Below, one piece after another: positions 31,049 through 42,963 of a stretch of DNA of 64,000 bases (position 1 is the first letter of the stretch; every line of letters starts with the position of its first letter). The translations under genes and the position numbers were made by a program. Location of the stretch: contig CBFDEM010000053.1 of assembly GCA_965603825.1 (NCBI GenBank), positions 806,001 to 870,000 on the forward strand, read 5' to 3'. The notes under the pieces were generated by a model. It searched no databases, was not told where the DNA came from, and saw only the letters and a list, made by a program, of their open reading frames with translations. Source of the stretch: Blepharisma stoltei ATCC 30299 (lineage: Eukaryota > Protista > Ciliophora).

Positions 31049-34000
31049 TTATGATGCTTGAAAAAGTTTTTTATAATGCCCATCTTCAATATTCATCAAC
31101 AAATTATGACTCCCCATTTCTATAATAGTCCCCATCTCTAATAAAATTATTAGATCATAATTTTGTATAGTTTTCAATTTGTGTGCAATTGCTACAATAG
31201 TGAATTTTTCTTTTTGTAAATTTTCTTGAAGGTTTGATTCAGTGACACTATCAAGTGCGCTTGTTGCTTCGTCTAAAATTAAAATTTTTGGTTTTCTTAA
31301 TAATGCTCTTGCGATAGCAATTCTTTGTTTTTCACCTCCGCTAAGTTTATTTCCTCTTAAACCTACATCTGAGTCAATGCTATATTTATTTACTATATTA
31401 ATAGCTTGCGATTTAAAAATAGCCTCATTTATTTCATTTAAAGTTGCGTTTTCTTTTGCAATTTTCATGTTGTATAGGATTGATCCTTTGAATAAAATAG
31501 GTTCTTGGCCGACCCAACAGATGCAGTCTCTTAGATATGCTATATTATAATCTTTTATTGGCCTATCATCAATTTCAATACTCCCAGAAACAGGATCATA
31601 AAATCTCATAATCAGCTGAGCTATCGTTGATTTTCCAGACCCAGTCGTCCCAGTAATTCCTACTCTTTTCCCTACTTTTATTTCAAAATTAACATTATTC
31701 AAGACCACATTATTCCTATTTTCATATTTAAAGCATACATTTCTGAATATAATATTCCCAAAAATCGGTAAAAAAATCCCTGCCTCCGACTCAGCATTAA
31801 TTTCTGGCTTATAATCAATAATTCTGAACATATGTTTCGCACTTTCAATGCCTCCACTAATATCAGGTGCTAATGCGCCTACTATCATTAATCCCCATGA
31901 AGAAAACATAATACAAAAAAACACAGTAAACATATCTTTAATTTCTAATTTTCCTTCCTTTATTCTATATGTCCCAAACCAGCCTACAATTCCTCATAAA
32001 AAATACATAGCCATATACCTAACACTAAACATGACTCCATTACAATATGACGATTTCAGCACTCTTTTGTTTTCAGCCTCAGTAGCTGATATATATTCTC
32101 TATAAAAATATTCTTGTCTATTGAAGGAGTGGACTGTTTTTATATTTGTCAGAGCATCAGAAGCGATTTCTGTAGTATTTTTTAAATCACTGTGACTTAT
32201 ACCTTTTAGCTGCATAAATTCACCTTTGCCGCCTGTTATCATGACAATAGGAAGTAAGACAAGAACGAGGATAGATAAAGGTATATCATGCATACTGGCT
32301 ATAATAATTCCTCCAAGTATAGCGGTTAATACTAAAGATTGGAGCCCTAATATGGGACCACCAATACTAGAAATTTTTTCACAGTCTGATGCAAGCCTAT
32401 ATGATAATGTTGAAGGGTTGCTTGATGGCTTATCAAAATATTTTTGATCGTAATTGAGAAGTGATTTAAGTCCTTGGTAGCGTAAATCATAAGTATAAAG
32501 TGCAGTGACTCTGGAAAGAGCAGCACATAGGATTGTTAATGAAAAAATAATGATGGAGGCTTCTATAAATAAATAGTACATATTAGTTTTTGTGGAATCT
32601 GTCATATCAGAACCTGTTTTTTCAATCAAAATAAAGACATTATCGGAAAATATATACCCAAAAATAGGAAATAAAATTCCTGTAATTATTGCACATAAAG
32701 ATGCTAATATAAGTCAATATCAGTATTTCTTAGCGAACCATAAAATTCTTGCAAATGTTTTTGACGTTTTTTCTTGCTGTATTATACCTTCTTCAAGTTT
32801 TAATTCTAAATTTTTATTTTCTTTGATTTTTAAACTTTTATATGAGCTTTCTTTTTCAATATTTTTCTGGACAGCTTGAAGCCTGGCATAGATTCCATTT
32901 TCCTCTATCAAAGATTCGTGGCTCCCTGATTCCACAATTTTCCCATGGTTCAATACAATGATTTTTTCAGCGTTTTTGATGGTGCTCAGCCTTTGTGCCA
33001 CTATAATTGTTGTCCTTCCTTTCATAATCTTATCAAAAGTTTTTTGAATTTTCTTTTCAGTATTTACATCTAAAGCGCTTGTGGCCTCATCTAATAACAA
33101 AATTTTTGGTTTTTTAATCATGGCCCTTGCTATTGCAATTCTTTGTTTTTGGCCTCCAGATATTTGGGATCCTTTGATCCCTACATAAGTTTCATATGCG
33201 TTTTCAAGATTTTCTATAAAATGGTTAGCTTCAGCTTCAGCAGCAGCATCATAAATTTCTGAGTCTGACGATGATAATTTGCCAATTCTTATATTTTCCT
33301 TTATAGTTGTATTGAATAAAATAGGCTCTTGGCTTACCAATCCAATGCTTTCTCTTAGGCTCGATAAATCGAATTCCTTTATGTTTATCCCATCAATTAA
33401 TACAAACCCAATTTTACAATAATAAAAACCTTCAATTAGCTGGATTATAGTGCTTTTCCCAGACCCAGTTTCCCCAACAATTGCTAAAGACTCGCCTGTT
33501 TGTACCTTAAATGATACCCCTTCTAGTACTTTATTAGAAGAATAGCTGAAATGGACATTTTTAAACTCAATTTCTCCTTTTAAATCGTCAGTCCTTCTAT
33601 AACCATCATATTTTTTTGTTTTCACTATTATTTTCATCACTCTTCCAGCAGCGATTTTTCCATTTTGAATAAATTGCAATAGCGGCACTGCAGTTCCCAA
33701 ATAAAAAGCTGACATTGAAGTCGCAAAAAAAATCATGACCACATGTTTAGCCTGACATTTTTCTCCATCAGATCAATTATCTACCTCATTTTCAAAAAAT
33801 AAAGACCCAAAATAAAAAATCGTCCCTGAAAAAGTAAATAAAATTAAAAAAAAAATTGACCAGCCAAGACCATGGAGAGTCCCCATAACTGTCGTAAAAT
33901 TTTTTAAAGGCTCCAGTTCTTTTTGGTATGATTTAGCAAGAAAATCTTGAGAGTTACAGGAGGAGACAGTTTTTACCCCTTCAAGGCTTTCTTCAGCTAT

Positions 34001-34696
34001 TCCTCCTGCTGTTTTATATTTTTCTTGGGCTATTACTGTGCTTTGGTATGATGCTTTGTCAATGCTGTAGGCTGTTATGATCTGGATAGGGAGCATGATG
34101 AGGGCGATTAATGTTAATTGTAGATTGATAAAAAATGCGACCATTCAGGTAGCGATAAAAAGGACAATTGAAGAAAGCAAAAGCATGACTTTCTCACCTG
34201 AAGCCTGCTCTATTGTGTTACAGTCTAGGTCAATAGAGCTGCCAAATTCAGCTGGGTTGTGCTTGTCGAATCATTTTATTGGCTTATTTATTATAGCTTT
34301 GAAATACACATTTTTCCATTTTAATCCTGTATTATTTCCAAGCCTTATAAATGAAACAACTGCAACTCAGCCAGCAATTACTGTGATTGGTCCTAGAATA
34401 AATTGAACAACTGCAATTGATGTTCCTTCCTCATATAGCTCATCAAAATTGTCTCTATTTTTGTACATTGCATCTATAAGGTCTCCAATTTTTATAACCA
34501 AAAATAAAGGCAGGACAGAAAATATAACTGTAAATATTAGCCCTAGTCATAAAAGAATATAATCTGATCATAGTGAAAATCTATAGAGATCTATAAAAGA
34601 CATTTCTAGGATGGCTGTATTTTTCTCTTTGATTTTTAAAGGAACTTTGTCGTCCTCTCCATCATTTTCTTCATTGAAAAGTAACTCTTTTTTCAT
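31049..34696 (-). CDS. ABCB (MDR/P-glycoprotein) full transporter, about 1215 aa
   Basis: Two TMDs and two NBDs (GETGSGKST/ISGGQKQRIAIARA/LLDEATSALD and GTTGSGKST/LSGGEKQRIAIARA). All fragments are in one frame, joined through TGA. ATG at 34696. Confidence 0.92.
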
Positions 34697-34887
34697 TTAT
34701 AAATATCTTATAAGCTAATAGAAAATATGCATATAAATAAAGATTAAACAAATATTGAACTATTAATTAGATTACTAGTAATGTATAAATTTTAACAGCT
34801 ATATTGCAAATTAATTCTTTCTTTCTTTAACGGACATTATAACGGAATTAATCCTCCATTTTTAATTTGATAATATTGATAATTGCC

Positions 34888-35121
34888 TTAGCTTTCTTTT
34901 TTTCCGTATCTCACGAGTTTTCTTGCTTCAAAGCAGATTTTTTCGAAAATGTCGTTGACGAATGAGTTCATGATGCTCATTGATCTCTTGGAGATTCCAA
35001 TATTTGGGTGGATTTGTTTTAAGACTCTGTATATGTGGAGTGCGAAGGTCTCTGATCTTCTTTCCTTTCTTCTTGTCTATACTTTGGAGGCTGATTCTGC
35101 TTTCTTACTATCTTTAATCAT
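34888..35121 (-). pseudogene. H2B: Histone H2B pseudogene
   Basis: [76 protein letters not shown]. In-frame TAG at 35077-79; alpha3 and alphaC helices are missing. Confidence 0.88.
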
Positions 35122-36360
35122 TTTATGATCAAAAATGGTTAGCTAGTAAACAATTTCAATAGCGTGCTTACCCTAGCCTTAGTATGGTTTCAGAGTGGAT
35201 TTTAATCCTAAGGATCCAGGCAACTGTCCATTAAAGGCCAGTAGTCATGCCATGGGCTTAAAGCTTCCCTTTATACAAAAATTACATTTTTATAGGAAAG
35301 TGGCTTACTCATGATTCTTGGAATCACAACATCGACCCAAGCATATCATGGTGATCAAAAAAGGTTGGCACTCAGCACGTGCAAAGATGGTGAAAGCTCG
35401 AGGAAGGCAACCTTGTATTGGATTCTAAGTGTTTAAAGTTTTAAGGATAATAACCTTTAACTTAGTCTGAATTATATACAGAAATGCTACAATAGACTAG
35501 GACCAGTTTCAGCAATTTCATTTAATCAATCAATTTAATTATTTATGAGAAATGCCAATTTCAACATTTATTCAATTTAATATTTTGAGCTTGAGCAATA
35601 TTAAGTTGCGAAATGAATTCTAATTATCAAAATATTTCGTAAAAAGAATTTCTGTAGTGCCGAGAAATTTCTTCGAAAAAATCATCACTAACAGACGTTT
35701 TACAGCAAGTAAATGTGCTTTGGATCAACAGCTTTAATTGCATATTTTATAGGAGGATGTAGCAGAGAAGTACAAATCTTAAAAAAAAATGGATGACTAA
35801 GCCAAACCCCTTACTGTGCAAAGGAAATGCACACTTTTATTTTCAACAATCGGAATTTCTTACTATATTGGAATATAGAGAAATTAAAGAGATAGGCTGC
35901 CAATTACTAATACCAGAAAATCTTTTGGATTTATAATCTTTTATTTTATTAAGGCCAACAAATTAACATTAAATTGAAGCAAATATCCTATTTACTTATA
36001 AACCTGATTATCAAATTTGCTATGTGATGAAAATTTATGCAATTGAGGATAAAGAAAATTTCTGAACCTAAAGAATTACGGATTCTGGGAACCAGAGTAA
36101 AAAACAAAAAAATTAGATCTGTTTTTTCCTTAAAATGTAAGGAAATGTGCACTTTTAGGATCAACTATAGTGATTGCTTATTTCCTAGAAGTGTTTAGTA
36201 AAGAAATCATTTTATGCTAGCAATATTATTTTAACACCAGAAGATCAGAAGTATCAATAGAATAATTATTGATTATTTAATTTAGTACCAAATAATTTCA
36301 TTTTTATTATTTTTATTCTGATATAAGAAAATGCCTTACATAAATTTAATAATAAAAAAT

Positions 36361-36885
36361 ATGGGATTAATAGAGTGAATTGACACATCTCTTACATCGT
36401 ATGGGTTTTTGCCAATAAATCAGCAATCTCAAGATAAAATAAGTTCTGAAAGCAATGATAAGAGACTTCAAGAGATTTCAGACAAGATCAGAAGTGCTAT
36501 GACTCCTGTAATACATAAAACAATAGATGGGCTTAATTATTTAAAAGAGAATGGGCCCAATACTATTGCTAAAGCAGCTGTAAAACTTGATCCTGTTTAT
36601 GAAAGCGTTAAGAAAAACTCTAAAGAAATATTATCGAATGAAAAATATCAGCAAGCAATTGAAGTATACAATGATATAAAAGAGAGAAGAAGAAAGTATA
36701 TTGAGGGAACTCCTTATGAAACTAGAAAAAACATTGTCTTAGGCTTTTCAGCAGCAACTTTTCTGTTTTCTCCTGTGCTGATGAACAGTTTAAAAAAATC
36801 CTTATTTGTTGCTGCAGTCGGAAACTTAGCTTTTACTCCAGAAGAATTTGAAAGTTTAAAGAAAACTATTAAAGTTATTAATTAG
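36361..36885 (+). CDS. Hypothetical protein (174 aa) with C-terminal hydrophobic hairpin, possibly mitochondrial membrane
   Basis: ATG at 36361 is in frame with ORF 36409 through TGA at 36376. Ends TAG. Confidence 0.65.
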
Positions 36886-36969
36886 CATTTCGCAAAATGG
36901 TGGATTCTTAATATGTCTGAATAATTTTTATTATGTAGTATCAGCTAAAAGAGAACTTTTATGTAATTA

Positions 36970-39366
36970 TTAAGAATGCTCAGCTAAAAACTTTCTCACT
37001 TTTTCTGCCTTGTTATTTGCTCCTACTTGCTCAAGTAAGGGTAAAGCTTCTTCCATCAGTTGTATAGCTCCCATCAGATTAAACCCTTCCACCAATAAAA
37101 ACGCCTTCAAATACAGCGCTTTTGCTCTCTGAAACTGCTTCTGCTTTTTTCTCTGGTTAAATTTCAGCAGCAACAAATAATCTTCAATTGCACAAAGCCC
37201 ATCATCAATATGCACATGATGTTTAACCGCCAATTTTGCTATTTTATATAAAAAATCAGGCTCCGAGCATACCAAAAATGCATCATTTGACAGCTGCTGA
37301 GCCTGCACAGGCAATTTTTTGCTTTTTTTATCCTCCAGTCCTTTAAACTTATATTCAACATTATTTTTCGATAAATACGACTCAAAATAGTCCTCAGATA
37401 AAATATTGGCCTGGGTATTTCTATAATTTGTATAGCTATAAGACTTAGATGACTCTATTGCTTTATTACAAGCTGCTTCTAGCTCATCTAAATTTTTTGC
37501 CCTTTTAAGGGTCTTTGTATATGGGATTTCTGCAAATGGAAGAGGTGGGAAAACCTTGGCTAAGCATTTTAATAAGATAATCGCATCAGCAGGGGTCGCT
37601 GTTATAGACAAAACGTCAGCGTACAGAATATGCATTTTCATTCATACAGATACAGGGAATTTCACGACTTTGCAGCGTGAAATCATCGCTTTGCCAATTT
37701 TTTTGAGAAGTTTGGAATTATTTTGGATTTTTAAGTATTTGAAGACTTCGTCATAAGCTTTTAAATATAAAGTATCAGAGCTAGAGACTTCGTCAAGCAG
37801 CTCAATGGCCTCTTCCTCTTCTCCTTTCATTCATAATAGCCTTGCATCATAGCATTCTCCTATTTCTTTACTGAAAACTTTTACTTGATCACACAAATTT
37901 TTACAGTTAGCTAGCTCTTCTTCAGTCATATTTGCCTTAAAACTGTTTTTAAGGGTATCAATAAGCTCAATTTTAGGCCTGATGTCTTCATATAGCTGCT
38001 TAATTTCATTTAATTTTGGAACTTCAGTGCTTGGCAGCAATTTTCTTGCTTTTTTGATCGCTTTTGAGGCTTCATATATCTGCTTGTCCTCTACCAGGAC
38101 TTTGGCAAGCCAATAATAAATCTTCCCAAACCTCGTCTTATTGCAAAGCCTCAAGCTTTCTTCAAGCGCTGCAATTGCTGACCCTCTATAGCTTGGGTCT
38201 GCAGATTTTGCACAGATTCTGCCATAATGATACAAAAACACTGTATATGTCGGATGCTCATTGAATTTTTGCATTAAAAGTTCTAGACAATTTGGGAGTT
38301 TTCCGTTCTGAGCGTATGATTTTGCGTAGATTATGCAGAAAAGGATATAGTACTGATGGTTTTCATAGTCTGTGATCCTTAAAAATGCTTCAGCTGCCAA
38401 ATCTTCTGATTTGAGATATTCATGCTGCTTGTAGTAATAATGTTCCCATAGCACAATATAAGCTTCTGGGATATCAGGGTTTGATTTAATTAATTCTTGC
38501 AAGATGTCTAGGCCTTTTTCTTCTTGGTCTTGTTTTAGAAACAGTGTGCTTCATGCTAAATAGCCATAATAAGTATCAATTTCTTTTATATTACTTGCGT
38601 AGTATTGGGGAACTTCTATTTCTGAGCCACATTCAAGCTGTTTTGATAGAGAAATTTCCATTAGCCCCCACAGTATTTCTATTTGTTTTTTATTCTCCCT
38701 AAGCACAGTAACCATTGCTTCTTTTAAATTTAATAGGTCATGTCTATTTCCTGCAAGTTTTCATTGCACAAATTGGTACCAGGTTAAAAAAAGGACGTCT
38801 TTTGGCTTGTTTCGTAAAGCCACTCTTAGGTGTTTTATTGATTCTTCATATTTTTCTTCATATGCCAAAACCCTTCCTAGTCCAAAATTTGCTTCATTGG
38901 ACTGTGGGAGTTTTTGCAACATTTCTTCAAAAACTTGTTTACATGTTGATAATTCATAGTCAGGGATTAAATCATGCAAAGATTTATTTTTCACAATATA
39001 GCACATGAAGCATGAGCCATTGTCAATGTGAAGTTTTCGAGTTGATGGCTTTAATAATGATTCACCAGGACTCATATTTTGTTGTTGCCCTGTGTATTTT
39101 CTTCTGTTTCTAACTTCTTCTTGGACCATTTCTTCAACTTTTTCTGGAGAATACTGAGTCATTGTTTGAGGATCATTTTCTTCATGCCCCAGCTTTTCTT
39201 TGATTATCCTGTTTCTCTTAGAAACTTTTATTTTTGAGAGCACAGATTCTGAAAACTCGTCTTTAATTATGCTGACTTCATCAACTTCTGGAATTGTAAG
39301 ATTTAAATCTTGATTTGCCTTCTGCCTATTAGTAAAGCCAGTATTAGATGAATCTTGTGTGCTCAT
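36970..39366 (-). CDS. TPR-repeat protein (798 aa)
   Basis: Four same-frame ORFs joined through TGA at 38761, near 38551, 37831 and 37642. TPR-like units EANFGLGRVLAYEEKYEESIKHLRVAL and KIYYWLAKVLVEDKQIYEA. Confidence 0.8.
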
Positions 39367-39429
39367 CAAAAATCAAAGAAATTATAAAAATGAAATTAAA
39401 AATCCACAATTTTCCTTATCAAAATTAAT

Positions 39430-40047
39430 TTATTGCCCTGACCTTCTTAGCCTAATGATTTCTTGCTTTATCAAATCAAGCTGATCCATGCTTCTTTTAT
39501 ATTTATTTTGGAGCTCCCCTATAATCGTCTGTAAAGCCTGAGCTTCTTTTTCTAAATTTTCTGAAATTTCTTTGTTTTCTTCAATTCTGCTTTTGGTTTC
39601 TTGAGCTTTGAGGCCTTCAAGCTGCAGAACCAAGTGATAGTCTTGCACTTTTCCTTCAGCAAATTCTTTAAACCCTGTATATGCTTCATCTGTGAGCTGT
39701 TGCCATTTTGACTGCAGTTTCCCTCCTTTTATAAAAGGTTTACCTATAAATTCCTGATTTTGCGATTCCAAAGCCTTCAGCTCAGTTTTTTTACTTTCCA
39801 ATAAATTCCTTAAATCAGTAAACTCATGATTTATTGCTGGATCTGCTAAAATTGGCTTTCTCATGGCCTTGATTGTGTGTAGTTGCAAACTGAAATTTTC
39901 TTGTTTTGCATTAATTAAACTTTTCAGCTTTTCGATTTCTTGGTTTTTAAGCTGCAGCCTGATGCTCATTGCTTCATTGGATTTTTTATGTTTTTCTATT
40001 TCTGAGATGACTGTGAGATATCGCTCATCAGACTGAGCCATTTCCAT
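39430..40047 (-). CDS. WTAP/FIP37/Mum2-like coiled-coil protein (m6A writer regulatory subunit)
   Basis: ILADPAINHEFTDLRNLLESKK...GGKLQSKWQQLTDE...AEGKVQ resembles the WTAP core DPAIN...GKKLMAKCR.L..EN..LG...S.GR. Confidence 0.62.
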   Translation of the reverse strand: MEMAQSDERYLTVISEIEKHKKSNEAMSIRLQLKNQEIEKLKSLINAKQENFSLQLHTIKAMRKPILADPAINHEFTDLRNLLESKKTELKALESQNQEFIGKPFIKGGKLQSKWQQLTDEAYTGFKEFAEGKVQDYHLVLQLEGLKAQETKSRIEENKEISENLEKEAQALQTIIGELQNKYKRSMDQLDLIKQEIIRLRRSGQ

Positions 40048-40162
40048 ATTATCAATTTAGAATAAAAAATAGAAGACTAATTTTAAGTATTTGAAAATCC
40101 TTTATTTAAGGAAAAATTAAATTCTAAGCACATATAAATATTTAATATAGCCTAAATTAAGA

Positions 40163-42401
40163 TTATTCATCTAAGCTTTCAACATCTTCATCCTGTGGCA
40201 TCTCCACCTCTACGTCTGGCTCTTTATAAGGAGCTTTAGGATCAATTCCAATATCTTGTGCAATCATCCATTGAACTTTTTGATAGAAATCTCTTGGGTC
40301 AGAAACGAAAAATCCTGACTGAATCAGCGAAATATCATACATCATAGCTGCTAGGTCTCTCAGCTCCATATCATTTGGTAAAAGCTAAATAGTCCTTACA
40401 TTTGCCCATTCGTTCATTTTTTTGACCATTGGGTGTGCTGGGTTAAGTTCCCAAATTTTTTTCATTGGCTCATAACTATATAAAAACTTACGCTGACTGG
40501 TCTTTTTTGCCAAAAGCTTGGTGCTTGCTGATTCTTTCCATGTTCGCTGACTGCCCAGAGTCTCCAGTCGTCACAATGCTTGGCTCATCATCTAGCTTGC
40601 TGCTGATAGTGACAGTGTTTACTTTGTTCGGGATTAGTCCTCTAAGCCAATCTGTAAGTACATAGTAATATTTTTTAAGCTTTTTTTCTTTTTTCCTAGC
40701 GTCTTCTTCATTTTCTTCAGGAAGGCTCCATTCGTCAATTCCTACGTTTTGTAAATGCATTTTTTCGTATTCGTGTAATGAATTTACAGCATATTCGTCA
40801 ATAGGGTCATCTAAAATTAAAACTTCATAGCCACGCTTTTTAAGTTTCTGGATAAGTGGTGACTGGTCAAGCTTAACTTTGTCATCTCCTGCAATGAAAA
40901 AGATGTCTTCTTGTCCTTCCTTCATTCTGCCGATATAATCATCAAGGCTTGTCAGTTCATTAAGATTATAAGTGCTGTAGAACCTTAAAAGCTTGGAAAG
41001 TCTGGCTTTATTTTTGCCGTCTTCCATAAGGCCAAGTTTTATATGTTTTCCGAATTCTTTGAAAAATTCTATATATTCATTGAAGCCATCTTCGTCTGCT
41101 CCTTCATCAGCCATTTCTTGAAGTTCTTGCAAGATTTTTCTGGTTATTTTAGTATTAAGAAGTTTCAATATTTTAGTATGCTGGATATTTTCTCTGGCCA
41201 CATTTAGCGGCAAATCATCAGAATCGACGACTCCTCTGATAAAGCTTAGGTATCTTGGGACTAATTCTTGGAAATCTTCAGTAATCATAACTCTTTTCAC
41301 ATAGAGCTTGATTGGCGCTGCCTGCGAATAATAATTTCTAAATAAATCTGAGCTAGAAGTCTTAGGAATATATAGCAAAGCTCTGAATTCTACCTCTCCT
41401 TCTGCTGTAAAATGAATCCAGCTCATTGGGTCTTTAGAATCTTTAGTTAAGCTTTTATAAAAACTGGAGTATTCTTCGTCAGAAACGTCTTCTCTCAGCC
41501 AAATCGGCTTGTTTTCGTTGACTCTTTCCCATTGCCAGACTTTTTCTCTGACGATTTTTGATTTTTCTTCATCTTGGGAGTCTTCGTCTTCGACTTCTTT
41601 AGAGACGTCTTTTTTTACTCTTAAATAAATAGGGTATTGGACGAACTCAGAGTATTTTCTGACTGTTTTTCTTAAAATTTCTTCGTCGACGAAGTCAAGA
41701 GCGTCTTGTTTTAGCTTGATGGTGACTCTGGTTCCTCTTCCAAGGGTGTTCCCACGAGGGTCTTCGATTACGCTAAAGGTGTTTCCTGCCCTGGACATCC
41801 AGATGTGCTGGGAATCGTCGTTATGCTTGCTTGTCACAATAATTTGTTCAGCAACTAAGAAATTGCTATAAAAACCGACGCCGAATTGACCGATTAGGTT
41901 TATATCAGTGCCTGCTGAGAGAGCTTCGACGAATTGGGTGGTGCCAGACTTGGCGATGGTTCCGAGATGCTTGATGAGGTCGTCTTTGGTCATCCCGATG
42001 CCTGTGTCAGTGACACTTACAGTTCTGGCTTCTTTATCGTATTCTATGAAAAGTTCAAGGTCTTTTTTATCTCCAAGAACTGTGTCATCAGTAATTGCGA
42101 GATATCTTATCTTGTCTAATGCATCTGAGCCATTTGAAATAGTTTCTCTGAGGAAAATATCTTTATGGGTGTATAGAGAGTGGATGAAAATGTCCATGAC
42201 TCTAGAAACATCTGCTTGGAATTCATGTTTTTCTGCATCAGTCTCATCAAATCCTTCTATATCCAAATCAGAAGCTTCTGATGACTCAGCTGGAGGAAGG
42301 GGCACTTCTTCATCAAGGGTTTCTTGCGATTGTGTAGGTTCTTCAGTTGCTTCTTGGGCAAAGCAAGATAGAGCTAAAAATAGCAAGAAGTATCTAACCA
42401 T
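40163..42401 (-). CDS. HSP90B1: ER Hsp90 (GRP94/endoplasmin), two tiny introns
   Basis: Signal peptide, FLRETISNGSDALDKIRY, LGTIAKSGT, LIGQFGVGFYS and GVVDSDDLPLNVARE. Splicing 40476-40491 and 40385-40399 restores MKKIWELNPAHP and the C-terminus. Confidence 0.95.
40385..40399 (-). other. 15-nt intron (GTAAGGACTATTTAG)
   Basis: Ends in an in-frame TAG. Removal joins the GRP94 C-terminal exon. A at position 10. Confidence 0.9.
40476..40491 (-). other. 16-nt intron (GTAAGTTTTTATATAG)
   Basis: Removal fixes both a stop and the frame, giving SAYEPMKKIWELNP. A at position 11. Confidence 0.9.
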
Positions 42402-42673
42402 TTTTTATACACGTGTTAAATTTGCAATATTTAATACAAATATTCTAAGATCTATATTAAAATTCCTGAGCGTTTTAGCTGAGAATTTTTCACATTCTTT
42501 TGAATTATCTTTTTTATTTATTATACATTTAAATTGTATATCAATTATCAATAAAACTAAGAATTCATTACTTTCGCTATAGCTAAACAAGAGATTAAAA
42601 TATAAAAAATATATGTAATTCTCATTTAAAGATACTTAATAAAACCGTGACAGTTATATTGCAAGAGTTATAA

Positions 42674-42886
42674 ATGGCTTCACAAAGACAATCACAGCAA
42701 ATCCCACAAGAAAGCCCTCCACGCAAGCCAGATCCAGCATTACAATCCCTCCCTATCCGTGCCTACTTAGATCAATCAGTTGTTCCTATACTTTTACAAG
42801 GACTAGCAGAGCTCGCCAAAGAGCGTCCATCAAACCCAGTTGAATGGCTTGGGCATTATTTGTTAAAGAATTCCGAAAGAAGTTAA
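42674..42886 (+). CDS. DPY30: Dpy-30 domain protein
   Basis: [44 protein letters not shown]. Confidence 0.9.
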   Translation: MASQRQSQQIPQESPPRKPDPALQSLPIRAYLDQSVVPILLQGLAELAKERPSNPVEWLGHYLLKNSERS

Positions 42887-42963
42887 ACTAATCCTCAATT
42901 ATTATTTTCCTTCTAATCTCTATCATATATAATTTTACAACCCCTTTTATATCACTAATGTAA

